This document shows positions 27,318-35,746 of a stretch of 36,098 bases of DNA, one piece after another (position 1 is the stretch's first letter; the number at the start of each line of letters is the position of its first letter). The DNA is from a virus. Its lineage: Duplodnaviria; Caudoviricetes. The DNA lies in the IMG/VR virus record IMGVR_UViG_3300020368_000002, positions 1-36,098 of that record; one strand, written 5' to 3'. A program made the position numbers and the translations under genes. The notes beneath the pieces were generated by a model, which worked only from the letters and a program-made list of their open reading frames with translations, did no database searches and was not told where the DNA came from.

Positions 27318-29709
27318 TGTTCATAATCTCCTGTAAATCGAGTTTGCCTTTCGGCGGTGGGGGTTCAATATCCGCGAGAGGGTAGTTGAATTTCCAGAAC
27401 TTGTAGATCTCATCAATCTGATCTTGGTCATGCAGCTCGATGAATTGTTCCTTCGTGATTTCAACCACCCGGTCCATGTTCTCAGCGTGGGCAAGGTACG
27501 CATCGTGGATGCCGGCAAAGTCAATCTCCTCATCAAAGCAGATGATTGCAACCATCCCTTCGTGAGCGCCATCCCAAGAGTGGACTATGTTTGGCGGGCC
27601 ACCCTGACGCTGCTTGCCCTTGGACACCGGCAGGTCTTCACGCCTATGCCCCAGGATCACACGCTGCATTACGGTCTTTACCTCGACCCGCTTGGTCTGG
27701 CGGTATGGCTGGACAGCCACCACACCCATGGGAGTCTTCCACTTCAGGCCAACGCTGGGGTACACCTTGCAGATTGACTTGGTCGATTCCTCGATCCAAC
27801 GCATCAACTTCTGCGGGCCAGTGAACACGTCGCCAAGAGAGTCCAAGGTTACGTTCGCCAAGTACATCGAGCAGGGCTTGAGTCGTTCGTTCGGGAACTC
27901 AGCATCCTTCAGCTTCTGCTTCACCTGGTCCTTCGCACCAATGCGAGTGACGTTGTAGTTGGAAGTCATGACCGGCTGCTTGATCACGCTGCGGGTGAGG
28001 TACGGCAACACCTCGTCCGACATCGGGTTGGAGTCAGCCTCGATATTCAACTGGGCCACTCGCCTCACTTCCTCGTATGCATCTTGAGGTGAGTCGCTTG
28101 GGATCAGGTTCACCCACTTGCCACCTTCGGCATCCCGAGCTGCGGCACAGTAGTGCTGAGTCCCGTTGCAACTTCCGTCAATGTGGACCGCAAGACGTGA
28201 GCCATACCTGTCATCGCAAAGCGCCTTGCATGCGGCAAGAAACTGGAACGGCTTGTCTGCCTGGCTCCACCACTCCACCATCGACATGGGATCTTTGGCC
28301 GTCATCTTGATTTGAGATGCCATGTCTTTCACATACTGGATGCGACCATCGAAGTCTGCCTTGTCGTAGCCCCACATGTTTGCGGCGTGGATCAGTAGCC
28401 AACGGCGACCGCTGTCTGTCAGCTCAACTTGCTTTGCAAAGTGAAGCAGCCCACGGGATGAGTCGTTGCCATGGTGATTCAGCCAAACCGGGATCGGGTA
28501 GTACCTGAATCGAAAGCACATTTGATGCGGAAAGTAGAACGCATCCTTCTCAAGCATCCGCTGTGCCATCGATATCTTCTGCACGAACTCAATCCGCTGG
28601 CCTCTGATGCTGGCGTTTTTGCCATGGATATCGTGAGCCTCCTGCTTCCATCGCTTCAGGCTTTCTTCATTGGTCTCGATATCGATGGGCTTCGGCGGCA
28701 TCGGAACCAGGTCGGCACGCGGTATGCCAGCAGACCCTCCGCCTTGGTCCCAGAGTTTGCTCATCACATCCAGCACGAAGTCATTAACCTTCCAAGCTGT
28801 GGAGTTGATTGCGTTCAGGGACTGGTACAGCACCTCGGTGTTGCTCTCCTCCAATGCAGTCATCTGGTCGGAGGTCGGCTTGGAGATGAGAGGGGTCTTG
28901 ACATTGACATACCCCCCACGCAACTCATCGCACCACTCGTATGGTGGGACCAGCATGGGCATGAACCTTGGCCGCAAGTGCTGACGGAACATGTGTCCAT
29001 CCTCGATGGCCCTGAAGGTTGCGTCACTCAAACGGATGCAGCCTTTCTGCTTTTTGTCCCGCCACTGCCGCTCGTGAATGAATGACTTCTGCATGACGAC
29101 CTCGTCGTCCACCTCTGCCGGCAAGGTGCAGATCTCAACGGCACAGTTGATCAGGATGGAGCCAGTGGTCACGCAGGCTTTGCGATTCCATAGGTGGTCA
29201 TCCAGAGAGTTCTTCGCCCAGTGGTTCACGCGGGCTGGCGTGATCCGTCTGAACCTGGAGTCGAGCGCCTCCATGTCCCGGCGGTCGTGGTCCCTGATCA
29301 TGTCGTGATGGATCTCTGCGATGACTGCGTTGCCAACGGCATACGCCATCTTCATGAACAGATCGCCAGCAGGCTCTTGGACACAGCGACCGAGCATGGT
29401 GTTCAGTGTGATCACAGCCAAGCGGTCGACATCTAAAGAACAAACGACCGGACCTCCAATGGCCCGGCCGTTGCCTGCGTTCCCTGCAAGTATTTCATCT
29501 TGCTCATGCTTGATTCGGTTGACCAGCCATGGGAACCAACTGACGATCAACCGCTCGACTGGCTTCAAGCTGCCAGCTTCTCCTCGAGCCACCGCTTCAT
29601 CGCATAACTTGCGATACCTTTGGACTCCCATTTGGATAGCGTCAATCTCAAGTGATATCTGCTCTCCAAGTTTGGAGTCGACCAGTGCGTCACCTACTCG
29701 GAGCGGCAT
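27298..29709 (-). CDS. Single-subunit DNA-dependent RNA polymerase (T7/mitochondrial family)
   Basis: Motif A DGSCNGTQH, motif B RSVIKQPVMTSNY, PNIVHSWD, motif C IHDAY, C-terminal YFFS; GGAGGTG RBS. Confidence 0.97.
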   Translation of the reverse strand: MPLRVGDALVDSKLGEQISLEIDAIQMGVQRYRKLCDEAVARGEAGSLKPVERLIVSWFPWLVNRIKHEQDEILAGNAGNGRAIGGPVVCSLDVDRLAVITLNTMLGRCVQEPAGDLFMKMAYAVGNAVIAEIHHDMIRDHDRRDMEALDSRFRRITPARVNHWAKNSLDDHLWNRKACVTTGSILINCAVEICTLPAEVDDEVVMQKSFIHERQWRDKKQKGCIRLSDATFRAIEDGHMFRQHLRPRFMPMLVPPYEWCDELRGGYVNVKTPLISKPTSDQMTALEESNTEVLYQSLNAINSTAWKVNDFVLDVMSKLWDQGGGSAGIPRADLVPMPPKPIDIETNEESLKRWKQEAHDIHGKNASIRGQRIEFVQKISMAQRMLEKDAFYFPHQMCFRFRYYPIPVWLNHHGNDSSRGLLHFAKQVELTDSGRRWLLIHAANMWGYDKADFDGRIQYVKDMASQIKMTAKDPMSMVEWWSQADKPFQFLAACKALCDDRYGSRLAVHIDGSCNGTQHYCAAARDAEGGKWVNLIPSDSPQDAYEEVRRVAQLNIEADSNPMSDEVLPYLTRSVIKQPVMTSNYNVTRIGAKDQVKQKLKDAEFPNERLKPCSMYLANVTLDSLGDVFTGPQKLMRWIEESTKSICKVYPSVGLKWKTPMGVVAVQPYRQTKRVEVKTVMQRVILGHRREDLPVSKGKQRQGGPPNIVHSWDGAHEGMVAIICFDEEIDFAGIHDAYLAHAENMDRVVEITKEQFIELHDQDQIDEIYKFWKFNYPLADIEPPPPKGKLDLQEIMNSDYFFS

Positions 29710-30244
29710 TGATCACCTCCACTTCTTTGAAGCCTGAACCCTGGCGCTTAACGATCTTGAGTTTGCCTCGACCGTACGCAGCCCAGAGTTTCTTGTCCTT
29801 TTTGAACTTGGCTGTCTCGACTCCCTTCACATCAACGTACCACCCCATGCCAATGGACGGGTGAGGTATTACGAAGAAGTCTGGAACGTACACGTTCTCA
29901 GGTACGCCAAGCCAGACACGGGGCTGGCAAATGTAGTCCATGATCGAGCCAGTCTTGACAGAGTCCTCGAGCATCTTGCAGTACTCCATCTCTGCTTTGG
30001 AGCCGAAGGTGCGACCGAGGTACTGCCTCTCGTTCGCTGGCGATACTTTGTACTTACTCATCCTTGAGTCCTCCTTGGGACGGAACAGTGTGCCGGACTT
30101 CTTGTATGGCACTATGACATATCCGCTCGGTGGTGTGTTGCTTCTCATGCAAAGCAGTGCGCCGTCCGGGGCGACTCCACACCAAGATTTCTTACCGCAG
30201 ACTACGCATGGATTCCTCGCGTCAACCCGCTTCCACCCTTTCAT
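29690..30244 (-). CDS. Zn-finger plus PD-(D/E)XK nuclease (DUF1064-like)
   Basis: N-terminal PCVVCGKKSWC...LCMR; C-terminal FGSKAE...QP...YVPDF...DVKG; second RBS and in-frame ATG at 30061. Confidence 0.75.
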   Translation of the reverse strand: MKGWKRVDARNPCVVCGKKSWCGVAPDGALLCMRSNTPPSGYVIVPYKKSGTLFRPKEDSRMSKYKVSPANERQYLGRTFGSKAEMEYCKMLEDSVKTGSIMDYICQPRVWLGVPENVYVPDFFVIPHPSIGMGWYVDVKGVETAKFKKDKKLWAAYGRGKLKIVKRQGSGFKEVEVINAAPSR

Positions 30245-30256
30245 CAATCACCTCCA

Positions 30257-30442
30257 TCAGTCATCGAGCCGCACAGCCCGGCCACAGTTTTTGCAGACCA
30301 TCAGACCTGGTTGAATCTCTTCGTCCATGTGAAGGCACTCTCTTTGGTGCTGGATCTTTTCGTTTGCTTCAGTAATGTCACCAACCAAGTATGGATCGGT
30401 TTCAGGTTCGGTTGCTTTGGGTGGCTTACTAAAATCAGACAC
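30257..30442 (-). CDS. Small Zn-ribbon-like hypothetical protein
   Basis: GTG start with GGAGG RBS; CLH...CKNC. Confidence 0.55.
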   Translation of the reverse strand: MSDFSKPPKATEPETDPYLVGDITEANEKIQHQRECLHMDEEIQPGLMVCKNCGRAVRLDD

Positions 30443-32072
30443 TTTGCTTTCCTCCGTTGATGTAGTAGTCAATCAGCTCACTGGCTTTCGCCTTGGTAAT
30501 CTCGGTGTCTTGAACACCGTACGCTTTCAGAATCCTGCACTGTGCGATGGTGCAGAGTCCGTGCTTCTGCCGGCGGAAGATCTCCCTCTGCAACTTGGTG
30601 GCATCTGACTTACGCATAAAGCGTGCGTCAACTTTCCACTTGCTTAGGAAGTCACACTGACGATCGGTCGCCAGCGCCTCGTCCTCGGATGGCAGAGTCG
30701 GTGCATCCATGTCAAGCACAGCAAACGGATCAACCACGGTGGAGCCGAAGTCAACCCTTGCTCGGACCACCGCCCGCCGCTCCTCACGTTCCCGCTCCAA
30801 CTGACGTGCGTCCTCCTCCAGGGATTCGTCTGCTTCTTCGAGGCAATCCTCGAGGTCGACAGCCTCATCCTTGGTGGCGGCGATACGCTTGGCACGGTTC
30901 AACCTTGGCCCAGAGTCAGGCTCGATCAGGTCGAAGGCGTTGGCCAGCCGGTGCTTTGAGCAGTTGCCAACGAAGTCAAGCACCAAACATTCTGGCTTGT
31001 CAGAGCTGGCGATCGCGGCCCGTCTCTCCCCGTCAGATCCACCCGCCGACGACAGCACGTCAGGGAGAGGACGGAGACCGCGACCAACCATTTGGGCATA
31101 CAGCGCCCTGCTCTTTGTTGGACGTGCGAGTACCACCACTTCACACTCGGGGCAGTCCCATCCCTCGGTCGCAATCATGCAGTTGCAGAGGTATCGGATC
31201 TTGCCTTCCGAGAATTGTTGGAACGAGATCTGTCTCTCGTCCGCTGGAGTCAAGCCGGATACGGCAACGGCACTGTCAGGTTCAGCGCGGTTGAGTATCT
31301 CTGCCAGGCGTGTGGCCTGATCGACTGACACGCAGAAGATCACCGCCCGCTTGCCGGCAGCAAGTTCCCGTGTTGGTTCAGCCACCGCATGCAGGTGCTT
31401 CTCCTGCCCCATGATTCGGGAGACCTCCAGCTTGTTGAGGTCACCGGCAGTGCTTCGCACCTGGTCCAAATCAATCGACTTCACCTCGACCACCCGGTAC
31501 TTGATCGGGACAAGGTAGCCGTCATCCATCGCCTGCTTGAGCGTGTACTCATGGGAGACGGTGTCGAAGATCTCGAGGAGGCTCCGCTTGTCCATGCGGT
31601 CAGGGGTAGCCGTAACCCCGAGCAACTTGTGGCTGGAGTTCTTGAACATGTGCGCCAGGATTTTGCGGTACGACTTGGCCGCAGCATGGTGGGCTTCGTC
31701 AATGACGGTCAGGCTCCAGTGGTCTGGGTTCGTGACCACATGCTCAAGCCTGCTGCCGCTTGTGATGCTGGCGACTGATGCGACCACAACCCGTGGCCGG
31801 GATAACAATCCCTGATCCAACGTGGTCTTGGTGTTCATCTCAATGCCAACATCGATGCCGGCGTCGGTCATCGTTTGCCAAAGCTGCATCACCAACTCCT
31901 CGCGGTGAGCCAGCACCAGCACGTTGCCCGCCCTCGCCTTGTCGACGATGGAAGTGATGATTACGGTCTTGCCTGTGCCGGTCGGACTGATCAGCAATTG
32001 GGATGGGTGGCGACGGAACCCCGTCACCACCGCATCCACTTGCTCCGATTGAATGGGTCGGAGTTCACGCAT
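30435..32072 (-). CDS. Superfamily 2 DEAH-box helicase (Irc3/ResIII-like)
   Basis: LRPIQ, PTGTGKT, DEAHH, TATP, TEGWD, ARPTKS..LYAQMVGRGLR, VLDFVGN. Confidence 0.93.
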   Translation of the reverse strand: MRELRPIQSEQVDAVVTGFRRHPSQLLISPTGTGKTVIITSIVDKARAGNVLVLAHREELVMQLWQTMTDAGIDVGIEMNTKTTLDQGLLSRPRVVVASVASITSGSRLEHVVTNPDHWSLTVIDEAHHAAAKSYRKILAHMFKNSSHKLLGVTATPDRMDKRSLLEIFDTVSHEYTLKQAMDDGYLVPIKYRVVEVKSIDLDQVRSTAGDLNKLEVSRIMGQEKHLHAVAEPTRELAAGKRAVIFCVSVDQATRLAEILNRAEPDSAVAVSGLTPADERQISFQQFSEGKIRYLCNCMIATEGWDCPECEVVVLARPTKSRALYAQMVGRGLRPLPDVLSSAGGSDGERRAAIASSDKPECLVLDFVGNCSKHRLANAFDLIEPDSGPRLNRAKRIAATKDEAVDLEDCLEEADESLEEDARQLEREREERRAVVRARVDFGSTVVDPFAVLDMDAPTLPSEDEALATDRQCDFLSKWKVDARFMRKSDATKLQREIFRRQKHGLCTIAQCRILKAYGVQDTEITKAKASELIDYYINGGKQSV

Positions 32073-33022
32073 CAGAACGGCAGATCATCTTGCGAGGCGA
32101 CCGGCTCGATCACCTCTGGTTCAACGGCCTTGCCAGATTCGGGCAGGATAACTTCGTGACCCTCAAGGTCACTGCCCCACTGGGTCTCGGTGTACTCGAG
32201 GCGGATTGGCTTGCCAGCCTCGTAGTCATTCATCACCTTCACTGCGACCCACCGCTTCATGGTTCCCATCTTGGAACCGTCAGCAAGGTGGACGAAGTGC
32301 TTCGTGTATGTCTTGCCTGCCTTGCTTTGCAGCTCGACATCAAGTTCGACTTGGACAATGTTGTGACTGCCGTCTTCGTTGACCGCATCGCCACCCCCTG
32401 CCCCCGACGCCAAGGGTGGACGAGGCGTCGGGGTTCTGGGAGGTGACTCGGAGGTACGGTTCCCGCCGGAGTGGGGAGCCTCCGGCGGGGGAGATGCAGG
32501 CAATGACTCCTGCGTAGCCTTGTGTTCTTCAAGTGATACACCAAGTTCGGTCTCACCTTCAGACTCAACATACACGGGTGCAGCACCCAGTGCATCAGGG
32601 CAATGCTCACGATAGCCTGCACTGATCGCTCTTGCAAACAACATTGCCTTGGGAAATTTTTTCCAGTTGGCCCCACCCAGACCGGCCCTGCCTGCATCCT
32701 GCATCGAGAACTCTGTGACCCCGATTTCTTCGCCGGTCCCAAGGTTCACAAAGGTGATGCGGCAATACTCGGTCGTGGTCTCAGCACGATAATCGTACTT
32801 GCCCGACCGCTTGATCGCAGCAGCCATAAGGTTCGCAGCCAAGACGACCTTGCCATTGATGACGTGAAGGCCAGCCATGGCGTCGTACGGAGTGAGGCCC
32901 AAGCCTTGCCCGACCGCCAACTTGGTGGCACATTGGGCAGCGTTGCGGGCGTCAGGGAACATGCCCGACTGGGCGAAGATAGCACCCAACTGAACTGGGT
33001 CATACGGTTGAATCTGGTTCAT
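32072..33022 (-). CDS. RecT-like single-strand annealing protein
   Basis: Start MNQIQ at 33022 (GGAGG RBS, ATGA overlap); GLGLTP..AM..LHVINGK, AGL...NWKKFPKAMLFARA...PDALG; acidic DDLPF tail. Confidence 0.8.
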   Translation of the reverse strand: MNQIQPYDPVQLGAIFAQSGMFPDARNAAQCATKLAVGQGLGLTPYDAMAGLHVINGKVVLAANLMAAAIKRSGKYDYRAETTTEYCRITFVNLGTGEEIGVTEFSMQDAGRAGLGGANWKKFPKAMLFARAISAGYREHCPDALGAAPVYVESEGETELGVSLEEHKATQESLPASPPPEAPHSGGNRTSESPPRTPTPRPPLASGAGGGDAVNEDGSHNIVQVELDVELQSKAGKTYTKHFVHLADGSKMGTMKRWVAVKVMNDYEAGKPIRLEYTETQWGSDLEGHEVILPESGKAVEPEVIEPVASQDDLPF

Positions 33023-33465
33023 TTCAAACCTCCTATGGTTGTCTTGTACTCTGCTTGTCCCCAACTTGCAAGCGGGGAATTGTCAATTGCACGGATAACT
33101 TTGCGAGCGTACTCCAGTGATGACTTACGCCACGGACCTCGAGGACCACCCACCCAAGTGCGTGCCTTGTCCATGTTGGTGGGCTTCCTACCCAGGCGTT
33201 TCTCTGTGCAGTACCGGGCCAGATACGCTCGCTGAATCTTGAGTGAGTACTCCAGGTGCTGGCAGTCCTCGTACTTGCCACCGATGCTGGGGTCGAATTC
33301 CAGCGCGTCGTGGTGGCACGCTCTTGACACCTGAAGAGGCCCGAGGCTGCGGCCTTGGTCTCCCCAGATCATTCCCTCTCTGCGGCTGGTCTCAACGAAC
33401 CACACCGCGTCTTCAAACTTGGTCATGTCGACCGTTGCAAAAGCTGCAATCAATAAAGAAATCAT
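33019..33465 (-). CDS. Lysozyme-like muramidase (i-type/destabilase-like)
   Basis: Hydrophobic N-terminus; VETS...GD.G.SLGPLQV...DA...YEDC...YLARY...ART..GGPRG...Y..KV. Confidence 0.75.
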   Translation of the reverse strand: MISLLIAAFATVDMTKFEDAVWFVETSRREGMIWGDQGRSLGPLQVSRACHHDALEFDPSIGGKYEDCQHLEYSLKIQRAYLARYCTEKRLGRKPTNMDKARTWVGGPRGPWRKSSLEYARKVIRAIDNSPLASWGQAEYKTTIGGLK

Positions 33466-34505
33466 GAGTAGTGTTCCTCCGATACGGATAAGTAATGCTT
33501 CTGAGCAACGCGCTCAGAGTGTCCAAGCCACACGTTGCAGACGTGCGACGGATACGTTTGATGCCAGACCACATCGCGGGTGCGGCGTAGATCTGCGAAC
33601 GTGAACGGTTCTACATCGACCACTTCCATGGCGTCCTTTACCACTCGGTATGGATTCGATGGCTTTTTTCCCATGGTCTGGAGGTACTTGCCATGCTGCT
33701 TCCACCAGAGGCGAAGGGTCGGCTCGATGCGGATGACCCGCTGCTTCTGTTTGGTGGTCTCGTACTCGCCACGCGGGTACAGGATGTACCGATCCTCGTC
33801 CAACTCTTGGTGTCCGTGAATCAGAATACCGGCGGTGTGTCGGCACTCGCCCGTACGCATGCCGGTCCAGTACCCAAGTTGGACCATGAGCGCCACGCCA
33901 GCACGGGTCTTGAATCCCTCCCACCCAGCGGCGGTCTTGGGCTTCTGCTCCAGCAGATACTGCGTCACCTTGGTCACGTCCTCAATGGTGACGTGCCGCT
34001 CCCGCTGGGCTGGCGTTGGCTCCGCGCCGGATATGTGTGCGAATGGATTCATGAGAACCTCGCCTTCGTTGAGGGCGTGGGTGAACACGGTCTTCGCGAT
34101 GCGGACCCACTTGGCCACGGTGGCTGGACCCACAAGCGTGCGCCAGGAGGCTACGACATCGTTGGCTCGGGCAGGCGTGAGCGCCATGACCAGTTCGTGC
34201 GATCGGTACGCATTCTCGGTCAGAAGCCTGACCACCTGATGGTGCATGGCAATCGTTTTGGGCATCAACTCCGCAGTTCGATTGACCAAGTATCGCTCGC
34301 TCCACATGACCCAAGGGGACCGAGCTGAACCCTGTTGTCCTCGATTTTCGTTGAGGCTGATTTGCAATTCGAGTCTGCGGGCTTTCGCAGTCCTGCGGTT
34401 GACCTTGGATTTGTGGCCGATGCCACGCCGGATACGCTTCCCGGTGGGGTCTGTCCAAGACAATTGCCAGTAATCCCCATTGGAATTTAGTTGTACTTCA
34501 ATCAT
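33462..34505 (-). CDS. int: Tyrosine recombinase / integrase
   Basis: Likely start MIEVQ at 34505; TGMRTGE, TKQKQR, FADLRRT, WLGHS, AQKHY catalytic motifs; N-terminal arm-binding-like WQLSWTDPTGKRIR. Confidence 0.88.
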   Translation of the reverse strand: MIEVQLNSNGDYWQLSWTDPTGKRIRRGIGHKSKVNRRTAKARRLELQISLNENRGQQGSARSPWVMWSERYLVNRTAELMPKTIAMHHQVVRLLTENAYRSHELVMALTPARANDVVASWRTLVGPATVAKWVRIAKTVFTHALNEGEVLMNPFAHISGAEPTPAQRERHVTIEDVTKVTQYLLEQKPKTAAGWEGFKTRAGVALMVQLGYWTGMRTGECRHTAGILIHGHQELDEDRYILYPRGEYETTKQKQRVIRIEPTLRLWWKQHGKYLQTMGKKPSNPYRVVKDAMEVVDVEPFTFADLRRTRDVVWHQTYPSHVCNVWLGHSERVAQKHYLSVSEEHYS

Positions 34506-34533
34506 TGGTTGGTTCCTGATATGCTTGCTGCTG

Positions 34534-34596
34534 ATCTCCGTGGTAGGGATCCGACACCCCCGCTCAATGCGGGGGTGTCTTCTTCCCATCGGAGAT
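34534..34596. promoter_or_regulatory. Long imperfect inverted repeat upstream of the integrase
   Basis: Perfect 11-bp stem GACACCCCCGC-TCAAT-GCGGGGGTGTC (34553-34579) inside outer arms ATCTCCG-TGG / CCATCGGAGAT. Confidence 0.65.
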
Positions 34597-34803
34597 TTAC
34601 GCTGGTCGTGGGTACACCCGACGAACCACTTCACCATCCTCATCCATGATCAAGATGGAATACATTTCCCCGAACTTTTTGTTCCGGGTGCGGACAATGT
34701 TGTAGGTCCAATCCGAGTCAAACTTGTCGAGCATCTTGACAGCCTCCTCGCAAAGGTCGCGATTGGTGGTCCAACCGTCAGGGATAAGTTGGTCAATGTT
34801 CAT
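34597..34803 (-). CDS. Early hypothetical protein
   Basis: 68 aa, GGAGGA RBS. Confidence 0.7.
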   Translation of the reverse strand: MNIDQLIPDGWTTNRDLCEEAVKMLDKFDSDWTYNIVRTRNKKFGEMYSILIMDEDGEVVRRVYPRPA

Positions 34804-34806
34804 CGC

Positions 34807-35019
34807 TCAGTCCTCCGTGAATTCTGCTTTGCGGGACAGCCGCCGGTTGGCTTTGGTCTGGCCCGTGGTCTGGTTGTACTGCCGACACATCTCCCGTGCC
34901 TGCCCGATGGTCTGGCATCGACCGATGGTCCGCTTCGGCCCGATGCAAGGTTCCAGACCATCGGGCCAGTCTGGGTTCTCTCGCCACCAAGTACGTGTGA
35001 ATACTGTAAACTTGTTCAT
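34807..35019 (-). CDS. Early hypothetical protein
   Basis: 70 aa, ATGA-coupled; VFTRTWWRENPDWPDGLEP pattern. Confidence 0.7.
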   Translation of the reverse strand: MNKFTVFTRTWWRENPDWPDGLEPCIGPKRTIGRCQTIGQAREMCRQYNQTTGQTKANRRLSRKAEFTED

Positions 35020-35474
35020 TGGTCATCCCTCTCTTCAGGCTTGACTTCATCCAAGTCGTATGGCTTGGTTACACCGTCGTTGTTGGGCCAGCCGGTGACG
35101 AACGTCGCACCGCAGAAGCCGCCCTTGCTGCCAGCCCACGTTGTGGGGTACTCGGCAGGCGAGATAAACACATCCATCATCTTGGCCTTGCGAGAATCAA
35201 GGCACTGCTTGAAGAACTGCTCACCGTCGAAGTCGGGGTTGTCATACCCAAATTCATCTGCGATCTTCTGGCAGGTTGCATTCCAGATGCCCATGTGCCG
35301 ACAGAACGTGTCGATCTTCGTGGCTTTGACATCGCAGCCAAAGTAGTCCTCACGGGTGTGCGAGTCTTCCAACCCGAACCACTTCTGCGGGTCGGGCATC
35401 TGCTCCCGCAGCACTGCTGCGATACGGTACGCGGGGATGGTTTCGTCAAGTGGCATTGGTTTCCAGCAGGTCAT
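35016..35474 (-). CDS. Early hypothetical protein
   Basis: Start MTCWK at 35474 with AAGGAG RBS; IADEFGYDNPDFDGEQFFKQC resembles a DNPxFDxxxF phage motif. Confidence 0.7.
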   Translation of the reverse strand: MTCWKPMPLDETIPAYRIAAVLREQMPDPQKWFGLEDSHTREDYFGCDVKATKIDTFCRHMGIWNATCQKIADEFGYDNPDFDGEQFFKQCLDSRKAKMMDVFISPAEYPTTWAGSKGGFCGATFVTGWPNNDGVTKPYDLDEVKPEERDDQ

Positions 35475-35746
35475 TGGTCGTTCTCCTTTTCTTTGATGGA
35501 CCACTCAATCTCGATGTCTTCCACCGGGACGTGGTTGATGTCAAATTTGGTTGGCTTGCCCAATTGGCTATTTCGTTTTCGCCATCGGTAAGCCTCCTTC
35601 CAGCCCAGTTGGTCGCACTCCTCGGCAATGTCGTAGGCAAGAGTTACGGAATCCTCGGCAAGGTCAGGCACAGTGATCTCCCACGTCTTGACGACCTCCA
35701 CCATCTGGGATGAGGTCACGATGAATTTCTTGGTTGGCTTGCTCAT
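35471..35746 (-). CDS. Early hypothetical protein
   Basis: Start MSKPT at 35746 with GAGGTG RBS and ATGA overlap. Confidence 0.65.
   Translation of the reverse strand: MSKPTKKFIVTSSQMVEVVKTWEITVPDLAEDSVTLAYDIAEECDQLGWKEAYRWRKRNSQLGKPTKFDINHVPVEDIEIEWSIKEKENDQ

Noticed and set aside
34480-35346. 288-aa plus-strand ORF, possible repressor
   Set aside because: Antisense to several well-coupled early genes; no HTH or other motif.
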